Source: Octopus vulgaris
Taxonomy: Eukaryota
Direction of reading: 5' to 3'
Assembly (NCBI GenBank): GCA_951406725.2
Contig: OX597822.1
Location: 56,110,001 to 56,174,000 of the forward strand
Length of the DNA: 64,000 nt
Shown: positions 41,411 through 55,431 of the stretch, piece by piece
Position numbering within the stretch: the stretch's first letter is position 1
Layout: each line of letters opens with the position of its first letter
Position numbers and translations under genes: made by a program
Notes under the pieces: generated by a model
What the model was told of the DNA's origin: nothing
The model's input: only the letters and a program-made list of their open reading frames with translations
Database searches by the model: none

Positions 41411-41594
41411 GAATAAGAAATAGTGGTACAACAAGTCACCAGTGTTTGCTGGAAATAGCAGCCGATAACAATACGCTGCTATGTAAAGTTTCACTGAAAT
41501 GTATAATGGCAAAGATGTATGCGGGCAGCGAACTTTAAATTTTTCGTCTTACCTCTAGGAAGAATATTCGAAAATTGGACAATCTAGAATGGAT

Positions 41595-41670
41595 AATCTA
41601 GGACCCGAGTTTCGGACTTTTCAAAATACGTTTGTCATCGTAAATTTGATTAGTCCTCATCAGCTAGATT
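41595..41670 (-). ncRNA. Canonical type I hammerhead ribozyme motif in a ~365-bp non-coding insert (41411-41775) between (TA)n tracts
   Basis: Minus strand AATCTAG-CTGATGA-GGACT..AGTCC-GAAAC-TCGG-GTC-CTAGATT. Perfect 7-bp stem I, 5-bp stem II base, canonical core, GUC site, and quasi-palindromic stem III ACUCGGGU. Confidence 0.8.
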
Positions 41671-41770
41671 CACCTGCGACGGAAATTTTTAAATATTGCT
41701 ACATCTTGCCAGTATATTAGCCTGAACCCCTAGCTGGAAAGTAATACTTTTGTATTGCAATGATATTTAA

Positions 41771-41820
<50 letters not shown>

Positions 41821-41881
41821 ACAAGCAATAAAAGATATATATACATATTTGTGTGTGTATATATATATATTACTATTATTA

Positions 41882-41919
<38 letters not shown>

Positions 41920-41920
41920 T

Positions 41921-41955
<35 letters not shown>

Positions 41956-42407
41956 CATACATACATACATCCATCCATACATGCATACATACATACATAC
42001 ATACATATATATGTTTGTATGTACATGTATACATGCCGACGCGCGCATTTATACACAAACCACATATAAACATATTTTCACACGAAACACATACGCACAT
42101 ACACACACACACACACACATTAACCCCTTAGACGGGCAAATGCAAATACATACACCCGAATGCAATAGACTCATTAGCGATGCGCTTCTTGTATACTCTA
42201 GGGAAATAAACAATCTAATGATATTTCACTGTCATGTGTATCTAGAAAGAAACCACTAAAATTTATGTATTTATAGGATATCATTTCCAGCAAAGTTTGA
42301 AGCGTGGGAGTGCGCGTGGCTTGTGTCCATAAATAGACACGAGAAAGCTTTCAAATCCATGTCTATATTCGTGCTTGAATATATGCATGTATGTAAGCTC
42401 GTATCAG

Positions 42408-42450
<43 letters not shown>

Positions 42451-42495
42451 ATTTACATACATATCTCTCTTTCTCTCTCTCTCTTTCTCTCTCTC

Positions 42496-42588
<93 letters not shown>

Positions 42589-42983
42589 TCTTTACTCTTT
42601 TACTCATTTACTTGTTTCAGTCACTTGACTGCGGCCCTGCTGGAGCACCGCCTTTAATCGAGCAAATCGACCCCAGGACTTATTCTTTGGAAGCCTAGTA
42701 CTTATTCTATCGGTCTCGTTTGCCGAACCACTAAGTTACGGGGACGTAAACACACCAGCATCGGTTGTCAAGCGATGTTGAGGGAACACGCACAGACACA
42801 CAAACATATACACACATACATATATGCATATATACGACGGGCTTCTTTCAGTTTCCATCTACCAAATCCACTCACAAGGCCTTGGTCAGCCCGAGGCTAT
42901 AATAGAAGACACTTGTCTAAGGTACCACGCAGTGGGAATGAACCCCGGAACCATGTGGTTGGTAAGGAAGCCACTTACCACAC

Positions 42984-43061
<78 letters not shown>

Positions 43062-44432
43062 GCACATATAGATTGCGGGGTTGTTGCTTAATGATGAAGG
43101 TATTGAATTCAGGATTGTAAGGTCGTTAGGTCGATCCGCGACGGAGAGTTGTGTCTTGAGCAAGTCACTTTATTTCATATTACTTCACTTAGCTGGCAAA
43201 CGTGACTTGAACCTGTGCTAGGCTTATCACATTCTCTGTAACACAGAATCTTTATTGAGTGCTACAAGAAGGAAGGTATAGTATGACTCGCTAACTCGCT
43301 GCCTCATTTAGTTATTTGTGTACACTGCAATTCGCTAAATTATCCATAAATGTTTATTGAGCAAACATATATGCTCGCAGCTTGGTTGTCCGGAATTGGA
43401 GATCCGTGCCGTCCCTTTTCACAATGCTTCGGCCTAAACCTGAAACGGTACAGTGAAGGGATATCACGATAGCCACTTTCCAGCCATCTACGGGTGCTGC
43501 CAGCATGTATGTATACAATTTTATGTGCGTTGATTGCATCAAGGCTCTTCAGCTCATATTTGTTGCGGTGTAGGTGTTCTTCCACTCTCAGTTATATTTA
43601 ATTACATTTATTGTTTTCCTTTTTAGTGAAACTCTGCTAACTAGCTCCCTCATCTAATATACATATATGTGTGTGTGGGTGTAAATCCCATAAGTAATAA
43701 GTGTCAAGGGATATTAATGCAATGCTTTTAATTGGCAAGAAGTAACAAAGTAATTCTAGGCCAAGAGTAAAGTCCATGATACTTATCAAACGCGTTTCAA
43801 ATTAAGCAAAATAATATAAAGATAGACAAGAAATGAGAGATACAATTACATCGGGAATATTCTAGTAAAAAAAAAGAGCAAAACGATTTATCGGTTACGT
43901 GAAAATTACATATTGCTTTCAAACCCCACTGTTACAAATGAGTAAACAAATAATATGAGTGAACATTATTTGTTTACTCATTTTAAATATAGCCGTAGCT
44001 GTGTAGGAAGAAGCTTGCATCACAACCACATGGTTCCGGGATCAGTCTCGCTACGTGAGAACTTGGGGAAATGACTTCTACTATAGCCTCGGGCTGACCA
44101 AAGCCTTTTGAGTGGATTTAGTAGACGGAAACTAAACAAAGGCTTCTACATCGTGTTAGTGTATTTTCGCTTCCGTAAGATAGCTCTTCAGCAAAAGGGA
44201 AGGATAAAATAAGTACTAGACTTAAAATGTAATGTGGTCGATTCGTTCCACAAAAATTCGTGAAGGCTGTGCATCAACATCGCAGCAGTCTAATGAATGA
44301 AACATTGAAAAGTAAAAAGGAAAGGACATGTGAAAGCATATGTATTCAATACATGCGCGCACACATAAATGTCCCTATACATGTACACATACATTCAATA
44401 TATGCAAACAAACATATGCACTCACACACATG

Positions 44433-45045
44433 CGAGGAATCAAAAAATATTCGCACTTTCGCCACACTACCTTCTGCGCATGCATGTTTATAGTTGGTAC
44501 CATTGTGGTTACGTGATCGAAATTTATGCCTGATTGCGCCATTTTTCTTTCTGTCTTTATAGTATAAGCATGGCCGCACTACTAGTAATATGCACTAAAG
44601 AACAACAAAGAGTAGTGATCCGAGAGATAGTAATGGTAAACCGGTTCACCATTACCATCTCTTGAACTTGCAGAATCTTCTCATCAGTGGTGGAGGTTGA
44701 TGGGTGTCCTGATTCCTCCCCATGCATTATGCTTGTCCAGCCACTTTTAAACTTCTTGATCCACTCATACACACTTCTACACAGTAGTGCACTGTCCTCG
44801 TATTGTGCTAAAAGCCTCCGATGAATTTCAGCACCTGTCAAAACTTTCGACCAAAGAAACAGATCACTGCACTTCGTTCTTTGGTGCACATTGCTAGTGG
44901 AAAAAGAAAAACGGCGCGATCAGGCTCAAACTTCGATCACGTAACTACATTAGTACTAACTACAAGCACGCCTGCGCGGAATGCAGTGTGAAAATAATTA
45001 AGATATGCTATGGTGAAAGTGCAGATAATTTTTTACTTCCCCACG
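44433..45045. mobile_element. Foldback mariner derivative made of two inverted 5' ends
   Basis: About 190 bp at each end are diverged reverse complements (TIR, 5' UTR and ORF start). Minus-strand ORF 44557-44889 encodes a mariner HTH (AEIHRRLLAQY...SVYEWIKKFKSG...SGHPSTST). Confidence 0.75.
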
Positions 45046-45077
45046 TATATATGTGTGAGTGTGTGAGTGTGTGTGTG

Positions 45078-45109
<32 letters not shown>

Positions 45110-45789
45110 TGTATGTATGTATGTATGTATGTATGTATATTAAGTTTATGTATTTGTTTTGCAAGTTTCCTTGTAAAATTGTGTATTGAAACAGATATTG
45201 CCGTATCTCTGGGTGGTTGATTTACTTTTTCCCAAGTGAAAGAAACTGGAATGCAATGATTACTTAAAGCACTTTATATATGCAACTTATATATTTTAAG
45301 CACAATTTTATAGACTTAATACACAACACTCTCCCTATTTTTTTCTCATTCTTCGCTTTGGTCTTCTTCTCTCTTCTTTTTCATTTGCTCTTCGACTTTC
45401 TCTTCAAATAATCATGTGAAAGCGTTATACAGATATTTATACGTATCGACATCTACACGTACAACTTGTACTCATATGTATATGTACATATATACACCCA
45501 TATATACGTGTATCTGTATATATTATCGCCCCTGCACACGCAGGTATATATACCTTGTATACATACATACATTCACACATACACACATACACACACATGC
45601 ATATATCTATGCAGGCATATACACACGATTATAATTAAAAATGGATGTGATATTCGAGTATGAAAGAGGAATTGGGTAGGGATTAGGAATTAAAATGTAG
45701 ATTTATAAGGTTACTGGGATTACATAGGGGTATTGTGGAAATATACTGTACGGTCATTCTGGCATTTGGATTTGTGGTAGAATTTGAAT

Positions 45790-46060
45790 GTGTTAAAAAA
45801 GCAGTGTTTGCATGTGCTTAGTGCCTCATTATGTTTATTTAGCAGTGCTGGAGAGTTGTGCATTAATATGTGAAGTTCCTCCTTCAGTCAAAGCTCGCAG
45901 GTTGAGCGTTCACTTCGGTAATGATGCCCTGAATCCAGTATGGACTATGATAGAGTATAGGGTATATTTCTATTTTTGAGATGATGTATGTGGTTAGTGA
46001 GTGTTGTAGATTTACTATGTTTATCGTATCTAAAAAATGGAGGTGAGCGGCATATCATTG
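45790..46060 (-). mobile_element. Penelope-like GIY-YIG C-terminal remnant
   Basis: Minus strand YRSERSTCEL*LKEELHILMHNSPALLNKHNEALSTCKH, homologous in pattern to the end of the 2260-2930 ORF. Confidence 0.7.
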
Positions 46061-46144
46061 CTTAAAATGTTTGGTTGATCCTATGTATATGGCTGTAGAG
46101 TTGTGCAATAGATTAAGGACAGTGCTTTTGTAAATTACATTATA

Positions 46145-46764
46145 TCTTCATCACTTTATTATCTCTCTCCTTGCTTTTCTTTTTCTTTCGTTTTTCTTTT
46201 CTTTATTCCTCTCTTCCTGTTTTCGATTTTACCTTACAAATACATTCCCTACTTTTAGGTCTCTTTAAATAAAATCCTCGATTCAATAGCACTGTGTATA
46301 AACTCTATACTTCGAATAACCAATTTTAAATATTATTGGGACTTACAAGATATTGGAATCTTATATGTATACCATTCTGCCTAAATAATGGATCTACAGA
46401 TGCAATATCTCTGCATATCTCACATCTATTTTCATTCCTCCACTTCACTCTCTATTTCATATCGTATCTAAATTAGCTATTGCTTAACCATTTTACCCCA
46501 CCGTCTCCAATAAAGGGATGTATAAAATAACCCGGAAACAGCTGTAAGACCTATTTATAAATGCTCTAAAATCTTCCACAGCCTTGGATTTTTATCTCAT
46601 TCTGAAAATGTTTTTTTATATATATAAATGCTGATAAATGACCTACGTTGGATTCCTTATTCATATAATCACCGAACTAGGAGCTTAAGTATGGTCTATC
46701 CATAGCATTTACTCAATATTACCTGACACGTTTGGATCTTATTGACAACATTACCTCTCATAAT

Positions 46765-46854
<90 letters not shown>

Positions 46855-47097
46855 TTATGAGAGGTAATGGTGTCAATAAGAGCCAAAGGTATCAGGTAAT
46901 GCTGAGTAAGTGCTATGGACAGACCATACATAAGATCTAGGTTCGGTGATTATACGAATGAGGAGTCCAAAACATTTTCTCACACCGTCTCCGATGAAGG
47001 GATATATAAAATATCCCGGAAACAGCTGCAAAGCCTTATATTTATAAATGTTCTAAAGTCTTTCACACCCTTGAATTTTTATCTCATTCCGAAAATG
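46145..47097. mobile_element. Hammerhead-bearing pLTR-like element: unit, (TA)n, inverted partial copy, direct partial copy
   Basis: 46852-46968 is the reverse complement of about 46645-46767, and 46972-47097 repeats about 46488-46611. Ribozyme-like motifs at 46503-46550 (core CCAATAA) and 46987-47034 (core CCGATGA, GCA triplet). Same family as 62385-63325. Confidence 0.8.
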
Positions 47098-47130
<33 letters not shown>

Positions 47131-47199
47131 GTATGTATTTATATATATATATATGTGTGTGTGTATGTATGTATGTATATGTATGTAAATATATATATA

Positions 47200-47271
<72 letters not shown>

Positions 47272-47501
47272 TGTATGTATATATAATTTTAAAATCAGTA
47301 AAAGAAAACGGAGAAGAAAAATTAAGATGCTTCATTCATTTTATTTGTACAATTGGAAAAGTAATGATAATTAAAAGATTAAAAGATATACCTATAAGAA
47401 CAACTATAAAAGGGACACCGTAAACATTTTATCAATATATTTGGTTAAACCCAGTTGGCATCAAGATATTGCGGATATTGTTTCCGCAAATTCTGTAAGT
47501 A

Positions 47502-47597
<96 letters not shown>

Positions 47598-47924
47598 ATT
47601 TAGAGACAAACCGCTATTTAGGTATTATATCAATAGTGAAATAATATTATCTATAATAACCACATAGAAATTAATTAAATATCTTATCATTATTATTCTA
47701 AAAATCTCATAACAGATCAAGCATTAAATTGACTACGCGCGTTTCATGACCATATATATTAATCGATAATATTAAAAGTTAATATTAATTCAATTTAAAA
47801 ATATATAGCCACTCTATACACACACACACATATATATATACATATATATATAAGTACTCACATATACATATGCATGCATATACATACATATATATTTGTA
47901 TGTATATATGTGTGTGTGTGTGTG

Positions 47925-47971
<47 letters not shown>

Positions 47972-47975
<4 letters not shown>

Positions 47976-49096
47976 CAAAGGGTAAAATTAATTAATTAAG
48001 AAGTAGTCAATAATTCGACCAAGTAGAACTCGGCATGGAAAAGGACCATTTCACGGTAAACTTAAGTAATACTTTATTATTAGTGTTCAGCAAAGATTTG
48101 ATTTACCACATACCGAAGTTTAGAAATAGCAGCCAAAAACCTTAGCTATTTCCTCTACTTTAAAAAGGGACTCCCCCCAAAAAAACAAAATACTTGAAAA
48201 CAATCCAGGCAGGCAGAGAGAAAAAACAACGAAAATCAATCGGTATCTGATTACCCATGTACGCGTTTCGGAATTAGATCGGTATAAAGAATATAGAATT
48301 ATACTTTACCCAAACATTTTCTTCATCAGCATGGGACTTCAACAATATTAAATATTAAAAATATTAAATTCGAAGGCACTGGAAGAATTGAACATATCTC
48401 TCCACCTAACGGAATCAGACAGATCATATTCAGCGTCAGTACCGCCGAATTTAAAATACGAATGAGGTTCATCACCTTCCCCTACCCATCCGCGTGTGTC
48501 GTCAAGTAAAATACTACAGAAAAATCTGTAGTTTATTATCAGGGAGAAAATTCTATTATTAATAATAACAAAGGGTAAAATTAATTAATTAAGAAGTAAT
48601 CGATAATTTCACCACGTAGAATTCGGCATGAAAAAGGACTATTTCACGGTAAACTTAAGTAATACTTTATAATTAGGGTTCAGCGAAGATTTGCTTTACC
48701 ACAAACCGAAGCTTAGAAATAGCAGCCAAAAAACCTTAGCTATTTCCTCTACTTTAAAAAGGGACTCCCAGAAGAAACAAAATACTTGAAAACAATCCAC
48801 GCAGGCAGAGATATGTTCAATTCTTCCAGTGCCTTCGAATTTAATATTTTTAATATTTAATATTGTTTGGGTAAAGTATAATTCTATATTCTTGATAACG
48901 ATCTAATTCCGAAACGCGTACATGGGGTAATCAGATACCGATTGATTTCCTCTCTGCCTGCGTGGATTGTTTTCAAGTATTTTGTTCTTTCTGGGAGTCC
49001 CTTTTTAAAGTAGAAGAAATAGCTAAGTTTTTTTGGCTGCTATTTCTAAACTTCGGTATGTGGTAAAGCAAATCTTTGCTGAACTCTAATTATAAA

Positions 49097-49100
<4 letters not shown>
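47972..49100. mobile_element. Hammerhead-bearing pLTR-like element with direct and inverted partial duplications, embedded in (TA)n
   Basis: 47975-48218 is repeated directly at 48568-48810, and 48808-49100 is an inverted, internally deleted copy of about 48070-48400. Confidence 0.85.
48254..48335 (-). ncRNA. Canonical type I hammerhead ribozyme motif
   Basis: Minus strand CCCATG-CTGATGA-(long stem II)..TTCC-GAAAC-GC-GTA-CATGGG. Perfect 6-bp stem I, palindromic stem III ACGCGT, GUA site. Confidence 0.75.
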
Positions 49101-49160
<60 letters not shown>

Positions 49161-49539
49161 TGAGATGAGTTAAATGAACATGAGTAGTAAGCACTAATAA
49201 ATGTTTTTACTCTATTTAGTCCGTAGTACTTTTAAATTTAAAAATTGGGCGTGGTACGTAAATCCCATGAAGTTCAATGATGGTATGTAAAAATATTATA
49301 GAGTATTATGATTGTTTATAAGCGATAATATAAAGAAAGCATATAGTGAGTGCGAGTAAATATCGTGGCGTATACCAAACATTCAAAAGTAGGAGTCTGC
49401 TTTGGGCACATGTAAAGGACGTTCTGTTTTGTACGAGTAGAGAAGATAAGTCAAAGATAGGAAAACATTACAGAGTGTAAGATATCACCTAGACATGCGA
49501 AGGATTCTGAAAATAGCAAGAGCAAACAGACTGTGATCT

Positions 49540-50060
49540 GGTTGATAGTTTGAAGAATCATAGAAAAAAACTTCCTTTGATGTGGATACGTAGAAATTAA
49601 CTCTGATTTAGAATTTAATATATTAAAAATTCTTGCTGTGTTGAGTTTTTGGCCTAGCAAGGGTAATACTTTTTGCGATTAATATAACCGGGAGTGGTTT
49701 CAATATCAGACCATATAATTTTGTAGTTATAAATAACTTTGTCTCTTAAACTCCTGATATATTTCGAAAGCGGTGGTGAAAACCTTTTTGATTCGTTTTA
49801 TTGTGTTCGTATGTTGACTAAACCCAGATGTCAATGAGTTCACAGCAAGGCATTTATAGCAGTTTCCGTCATTGCTATTATCATTAGTTGAAATGTCTCA
49901 CAGTAAATATTTCTTTGATGATATTTACTGTATAAAAAACGTTCTATTGTGAAGAAAGTTGCACTGAGGTAATGAATCATATATGCAGCTAATCTTAAAT
50001 TCATCATGTAAAGGTAAGCATTCACATGTACAGAGTTAAATACACCATTTTCCATTAAAC
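49540..50060 (-). mobile_element. Degenerate Penelope-like GIY-YIG remnant
   Basis: Minus strand CTCECLPL...CIY and terminal ILNSKSELISTYPHQRKF (LNxRxExxSxCxH motif). Confidence 0.55.
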
Positions 50061-50241
50061 ATTACTATATACTCCACAAAGTTTATTTAAAATTTTTTAA
50101 CAACTTATGTCTTCATCTTGAAGTTTCTTTATAACTTAGGTCTTCTTTTATAGCTTAGGTCTTCCTCTTAGATAATATAACGCCAAGGGCGTCATGTTAG
50201 CTAAATGCCGAATGGAGTTATATGTATATATTATATGTATG

Positions 50242-50325
<84 letters not shown>

Positions 50326-50824
50326 GTGAGCTAGATAGAAACATTGCATGGGAGTTAAAGGATAAGTGATAAACTAGGTGAACCTGAAGAAGTAAATCAC
50401 AAAGAACGAGTTGCGAATGATTGATCTACAATGATCCCACAATATCTTGCTGCAAGCTAGAACGTACATAGTCTTCCTCTATATATATCCACAGACTGCA
50501 TATTAAATTTACGCTACACTTTTGCAAGGAACGAATATTACAACATCTGATCTAGTTTACATGTAATTTGATTGTGCCATTGTAATCTTATAAGCTAATT
50601 TATATATTTCGTTTGAAATTAGTATTCAGAGATATGGATGTGTAATTTTTCCAAATACATTTCTTCTTAACACAAATTTCTTTTTCTGTGAGAAGGTGAT
50701 TGTGTAAACTGTGTTTTGTCTGTGTGAGAAAGTGTGAACCAATATATATAAGTGTGTATACGCATGCTTGAGTGTGTTTATATGTACTAACACACACACA
50801 TACACACATATGTATATACGTATA

Positions 50825-52125
50825 CTAGGGTCGGCTAAAAAGTTCATGTGTTGACCGAGACACTCTTATGGAATATGACAAAATGAGGTTTATTTTTCAA
50901 TCCACACACTTCCACACACTTCTTCCATTGTTGTTGCGGTCCACACACTTCTTCCATTGTTGCAGTGGTTCGATTCCATTGGTGAACATGCTTTAATTCA
51001 GCTGCTAAAAATAAAAGCGTCATCAATAGCAGATGTGATGATATCATGACTGTGTACTAATTTCCAATCAAGTGTTTTTTTTATGTTGGGAAACAAATGA
51101 TAGTCATATCCAGCCAAGTCAGAAGAATAAGGTGGGTTATCGATCAGTTCAAAGCCAGTCATGCACAGCAGTCATTGAAACCTAAGAAGTTGTGCACTGG
51201 AGTATGTCCTGATGAAACAAGATCCCCACTCCTACGTTTTCCTGGGTGTTTGGTCTTGATTGCCTTTCATAATTGCCTCGGCAAGTTTGCATTGTACTTT
51301 CCATTGATGGTGAGACTCTTTTGATGATATCCAATGAACACAACGCCCTTGGCATCCCCCAAAACTGAGGGCGTCACTTTCTCTGCAGATGAAACGATAA
51401 TGGTCATCTTTGGAGAAGGTGTGGAGGGTGTGCTTCCGCTACATGGATTGTCTCTTTCTCTCTGGTTCAAATTGATGGAGCAAACACTCATCCTGAGTTA
51501 GAAAATGTTCACGGAAACCCACTGGATTCGACTCAAATAATGCCAAATCTTCCCGTGTTGTGATCAGCCTGATGCGCTTTTGTTTAGGCGCTAGGAGACG
51601 TGGCACTCACTGCACAAGAACTTTCGTCATGCTAAGTTCATTATGCAGAATATTCTCAACTCTCTCACAGTATATGCCAATAGCATTGGCTATTTGAATT
51701 AAAGTCCATTACCATATGGTGAACACGATCAATGTTTTTCTCAGTGGTTTCAGTTTCAGGGCATCCAGACTTTGGTTCAACTCCAAGGCTCTCCATTCCT
51801 CTCCAAAGTTTAGCTATCCACTTTTGCACTGTTGATAGACTTGGAGGATCATCCACTTATGGAGCAACCTTATTAGCATGAATACCCTTGGGAGATGAAC
51901 TCCTTTTCTGCGGGTACTTGACAACACCACTTTGACAAATTTTGTCCGTTTTCAAGAGAAGTTACAACCAGTTACTTCTGAAATTTTCTCTGAACAATGA
52001 GTCACAAGTTTACTTGAAAATAAACAGTACAGCAATTAATAAGAAGTTTTGAAATTAATGCGTGCAAGATTTCACAGCTCTGTCATCACTCATAATCAGC
52101 CTATGAACCATTCAGCCCACCCTCA
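50825..52125 (-). mobile_element. Full-length but heavily degenerate mariner (~1.3 kb)
   Basis: Imperfect TIRs CTAGGGTCGGCTAAAAAGTTCAT / ATGAACCATTCAGCCCACCCTCA. Peptides PSLSTVQKWIAKL...PKSGCP and SAEKVTPSVLGDAKGVVFI...TINGKY. Confidence 0.8.
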
Positions 52126-52150
52126 CGCTCATGTGTGTGATGTGTGTGTG

Positions 52151-52224
<74 letters not shown>

Positions 52225-54458
52225 TAATATAGACGCAAAAATGGGTGTAAGGTAAGAAGAAGCTTGTTTCCCAGCCTCATGGTTCCGGTATCAGTCCCAC
52301 TGCGTGGCACCTTGGGCAAGTGTCTTCTACTATAGCCTCGGGCCGAGTAAAACCTTGTGAGTAGATTTAGTAGACAGAAACTGGAAGAAGCTAGTCGTAT
52401 ATGTGTGTTTGTGATTGCACATGTGTGTGTGGGGATGTTTGTGTATATGGATTTATGTGTCTTTGTGTCTTTGTGTCTGTGTTTGTCCCTCACCATCACT
52501 TGGCAACCGGTGCTGGCGTGTTTAAGTCCCTGTAACATAGTGGTTCGACAAAAGAATAGATAGAATAAGTACTATACTTACATAGAATAAGTCCTGGTGT
52601 CGATTTCTTTGACTAAAATCTCTTTTTAGGGTGGTGCCCTAGCATGTCAGCAGTCAAATGACTGAAACATGAAAAGCAATAAAAGGATTAAAGAATATAC
52701 ACGTATGTATATGTATATACATACGCACACACATACACAGACACATACACACACATATATATCTACATACATATACACAACATCATACAAATTCTACACG
52801 TGTATACAAGGTTGCAATAATAATACACCAAAGGCTTGAATACTGGCATGGAAACCACAACAACCATTTCAGTGGGTTCACGCGACAGAATACATCTTTT
52901 TCTACATTATTCGGACAACAGAATGAAATCAATGTACGTACAGGACATTTCTTACTCCAAAACATGCGTTTTTATCGGACTACTTCAGTGAGTTTATCCA
53001 GTGGGTACATTGCAAAGCCAATATTGAATTAGGCAGAAATAACCACCTACGATGCAGCTATATAGCATGTACGAGATACAAGTAGTTATATATTCGCAAA
53101 TATTTTATAATTATTTCAAATTTTTGTTACAAGAGCAGCTTGTGGGAGTTGGGGATGAGTCGATTACATCGATCCCAGTGTTCAACTGTTACTTATTTTA
53201 TCGACCCCGAAAGGATGAAAGGCAAAGTTGACCTCGGAGGAATTTGAACTCCGACGTAGCGACGGGCGAAATACTTATTTCTTTACTACCCACAAGGGGC
53301 TAAACAGAGAGAGAGGACAAACAAGTGCAGACAAACGGATTAAGTTGATTATATCGACCTCAGTGCGTAACTGGTACTTATTTAATCGCCCCCGAAAGGA
53401 TGCAAGGCAAAGTCGACCTCGGCGGAATTTGAACTCAGAACGTACAGACGGGCGAAATACCGCTAAGCATTTCGTCCAGCGTACTAACGATTCTGCCAGC
53501 TCGCCGCCTTCGCAAGTGTATTATAATACTTGCATGTATGCTTATATACATGCCTAAATGATCACTATCGCCAGGTCATCCAGTTTCATGCACCTATGAA
53601 TAAACACTGCTTGCATTACCTTTGTTATCTAGACTGCTAGACAACTATAGTTTTATCTGACTAAACAGTGAGTGGCTTGGGCAATTCACTTAAGTCTTAA
53701 CACCCTTGGCTGAGTATTGCAATACACTTTTTTGCACAAGCATGCATAAACAATAACCATTCGGCTATTTGCATATATTCATATGCATTGTATGCGCATG
53801 CATACATATATCATTTATCTTTAATGTTTTGTTTGTTTCAACCATACATACAATCTCTGGACAGTTTTACAGATTTTTACAGTTTCAGTGATGGATTGAA
53901 TTTGTAGTCCTCAAATTAGCTTCCTCTATTCTGGTTTTTGAGAAGACTAATTTCTCAATATTGGTATTTAGGCAGTGTGTTATATATCCTAGGGCCCCAA
54001 TAATTACAGATATAAACCTGAACTTGTAATCTAAATTAACTTCAGATTTCTCAATAGTTCAGCATAGGTATTCTCTTTCTCACTGATCTTCAGGTTTAAT
54101 ATCCGCTGGGCAGCAAATTTCCGCAACTGTGCACGGTTTCTCTTCTCTATCCCAAATCATTATATCAGGTCTGTTATGCAAACATTTTGTAGAGGTCTTC
54201 ACTGGTACATTCAGCCAGTATTCCTTATTATTATGAGTATGTATGTATGTATGTATGTATGTATGTATGTATGTATGTATGTATGTATGTATGTATGTAT
54301 GTATGTATGTATGTATGTATGTATCTATTGGTGCAGGCGTAGCTGTGTGGTTAGAAGTATGATTCCCAACAACATGTAATGTCTTCTACTATAAACTTGG
54401 ACTGATTAAAACCTTATGAGTGGATTTTTTAGACGGAAACTAAAGAAGCCAGCTGTAC

Positions 54459-54522
<64 letters not shown>

Positions 54523-55431
54523 CTTTGTTTATTTGTTTGTCCTCTACTACCGATTGACAACCGGTGTTGTTTTGTTTGCGCCGCCGTAACTTAGCGGTTC
54601 GGCTAAAGTGACTGATAGAATAAGTACCAAGCTTTAAAAAGAAAATTAGTACTGGAGTCAATTCATTCGGCTAAAACAAACATTCTTCAAGGCGGTACCC
54701 CAGTCTAATGACTGAAACAAGTAAGACATAAAATATATGTTGTTGTTTTTGTTTTTTGTTTTTGTTGTTGTTATTGATGTTCCTGCTGCTGCTGCTGGGT
54801 AGCTAGGACAAATTTAAGCAGACTCGTGATGAAATATATAGTAGCCATGACCATCATGCTTTTTAAGGCTCCCGTATCCAATCTGTTCTTTCCTCATTCA
54901 CAGAGAGCTTTGATTACCTTTTCTTGCAGGTCAAGTGACATCTTATTAACTTGCTTATAAATAATATGGGACATAGTTTTATTTTTAATGAATTAGTAAA
55001 ATGAGCATTTTTAATACAGTTCTATATTTAAGAGATGAGGAATTATGTACATTATTTACATTATTTCTATTTGACGGAGGGTATATCAACCGAAACGTTG
55101 TGTTAACAACAAACAAGATGATGACAAATATCCGTCAAATATAAATAATGAGCATAGTTAATGCCCTGAAACGTTTCAGAACCTTCTAAGTCGTATGATT
55201 TATATATGTACGATATTCAGCTTGAATACTTGACTGATTATCGTCAAGTGGAAAAGCGCGAACAGGAAGATAACTAACTGGATCTGAATGCTTGTAGTTG
55301 AATTTTGCTCCGATAAACGTATCCAAAACATAGGTGGTAGTGTTAATGCACGCAGTATATTAAGTATCTTACCGATATTTAGGACCACTGCCATATTTAT
55401 CAAAACAGTGATTTAAAAATTTCAAATATAT

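Noticed and set aside
43340-43585. GC-richer island with an 81-aa minus-strand ORF
   Set aside because: No recognisable motif or consistent splice sites; probably an old retroelement fragment that I cannot assign.
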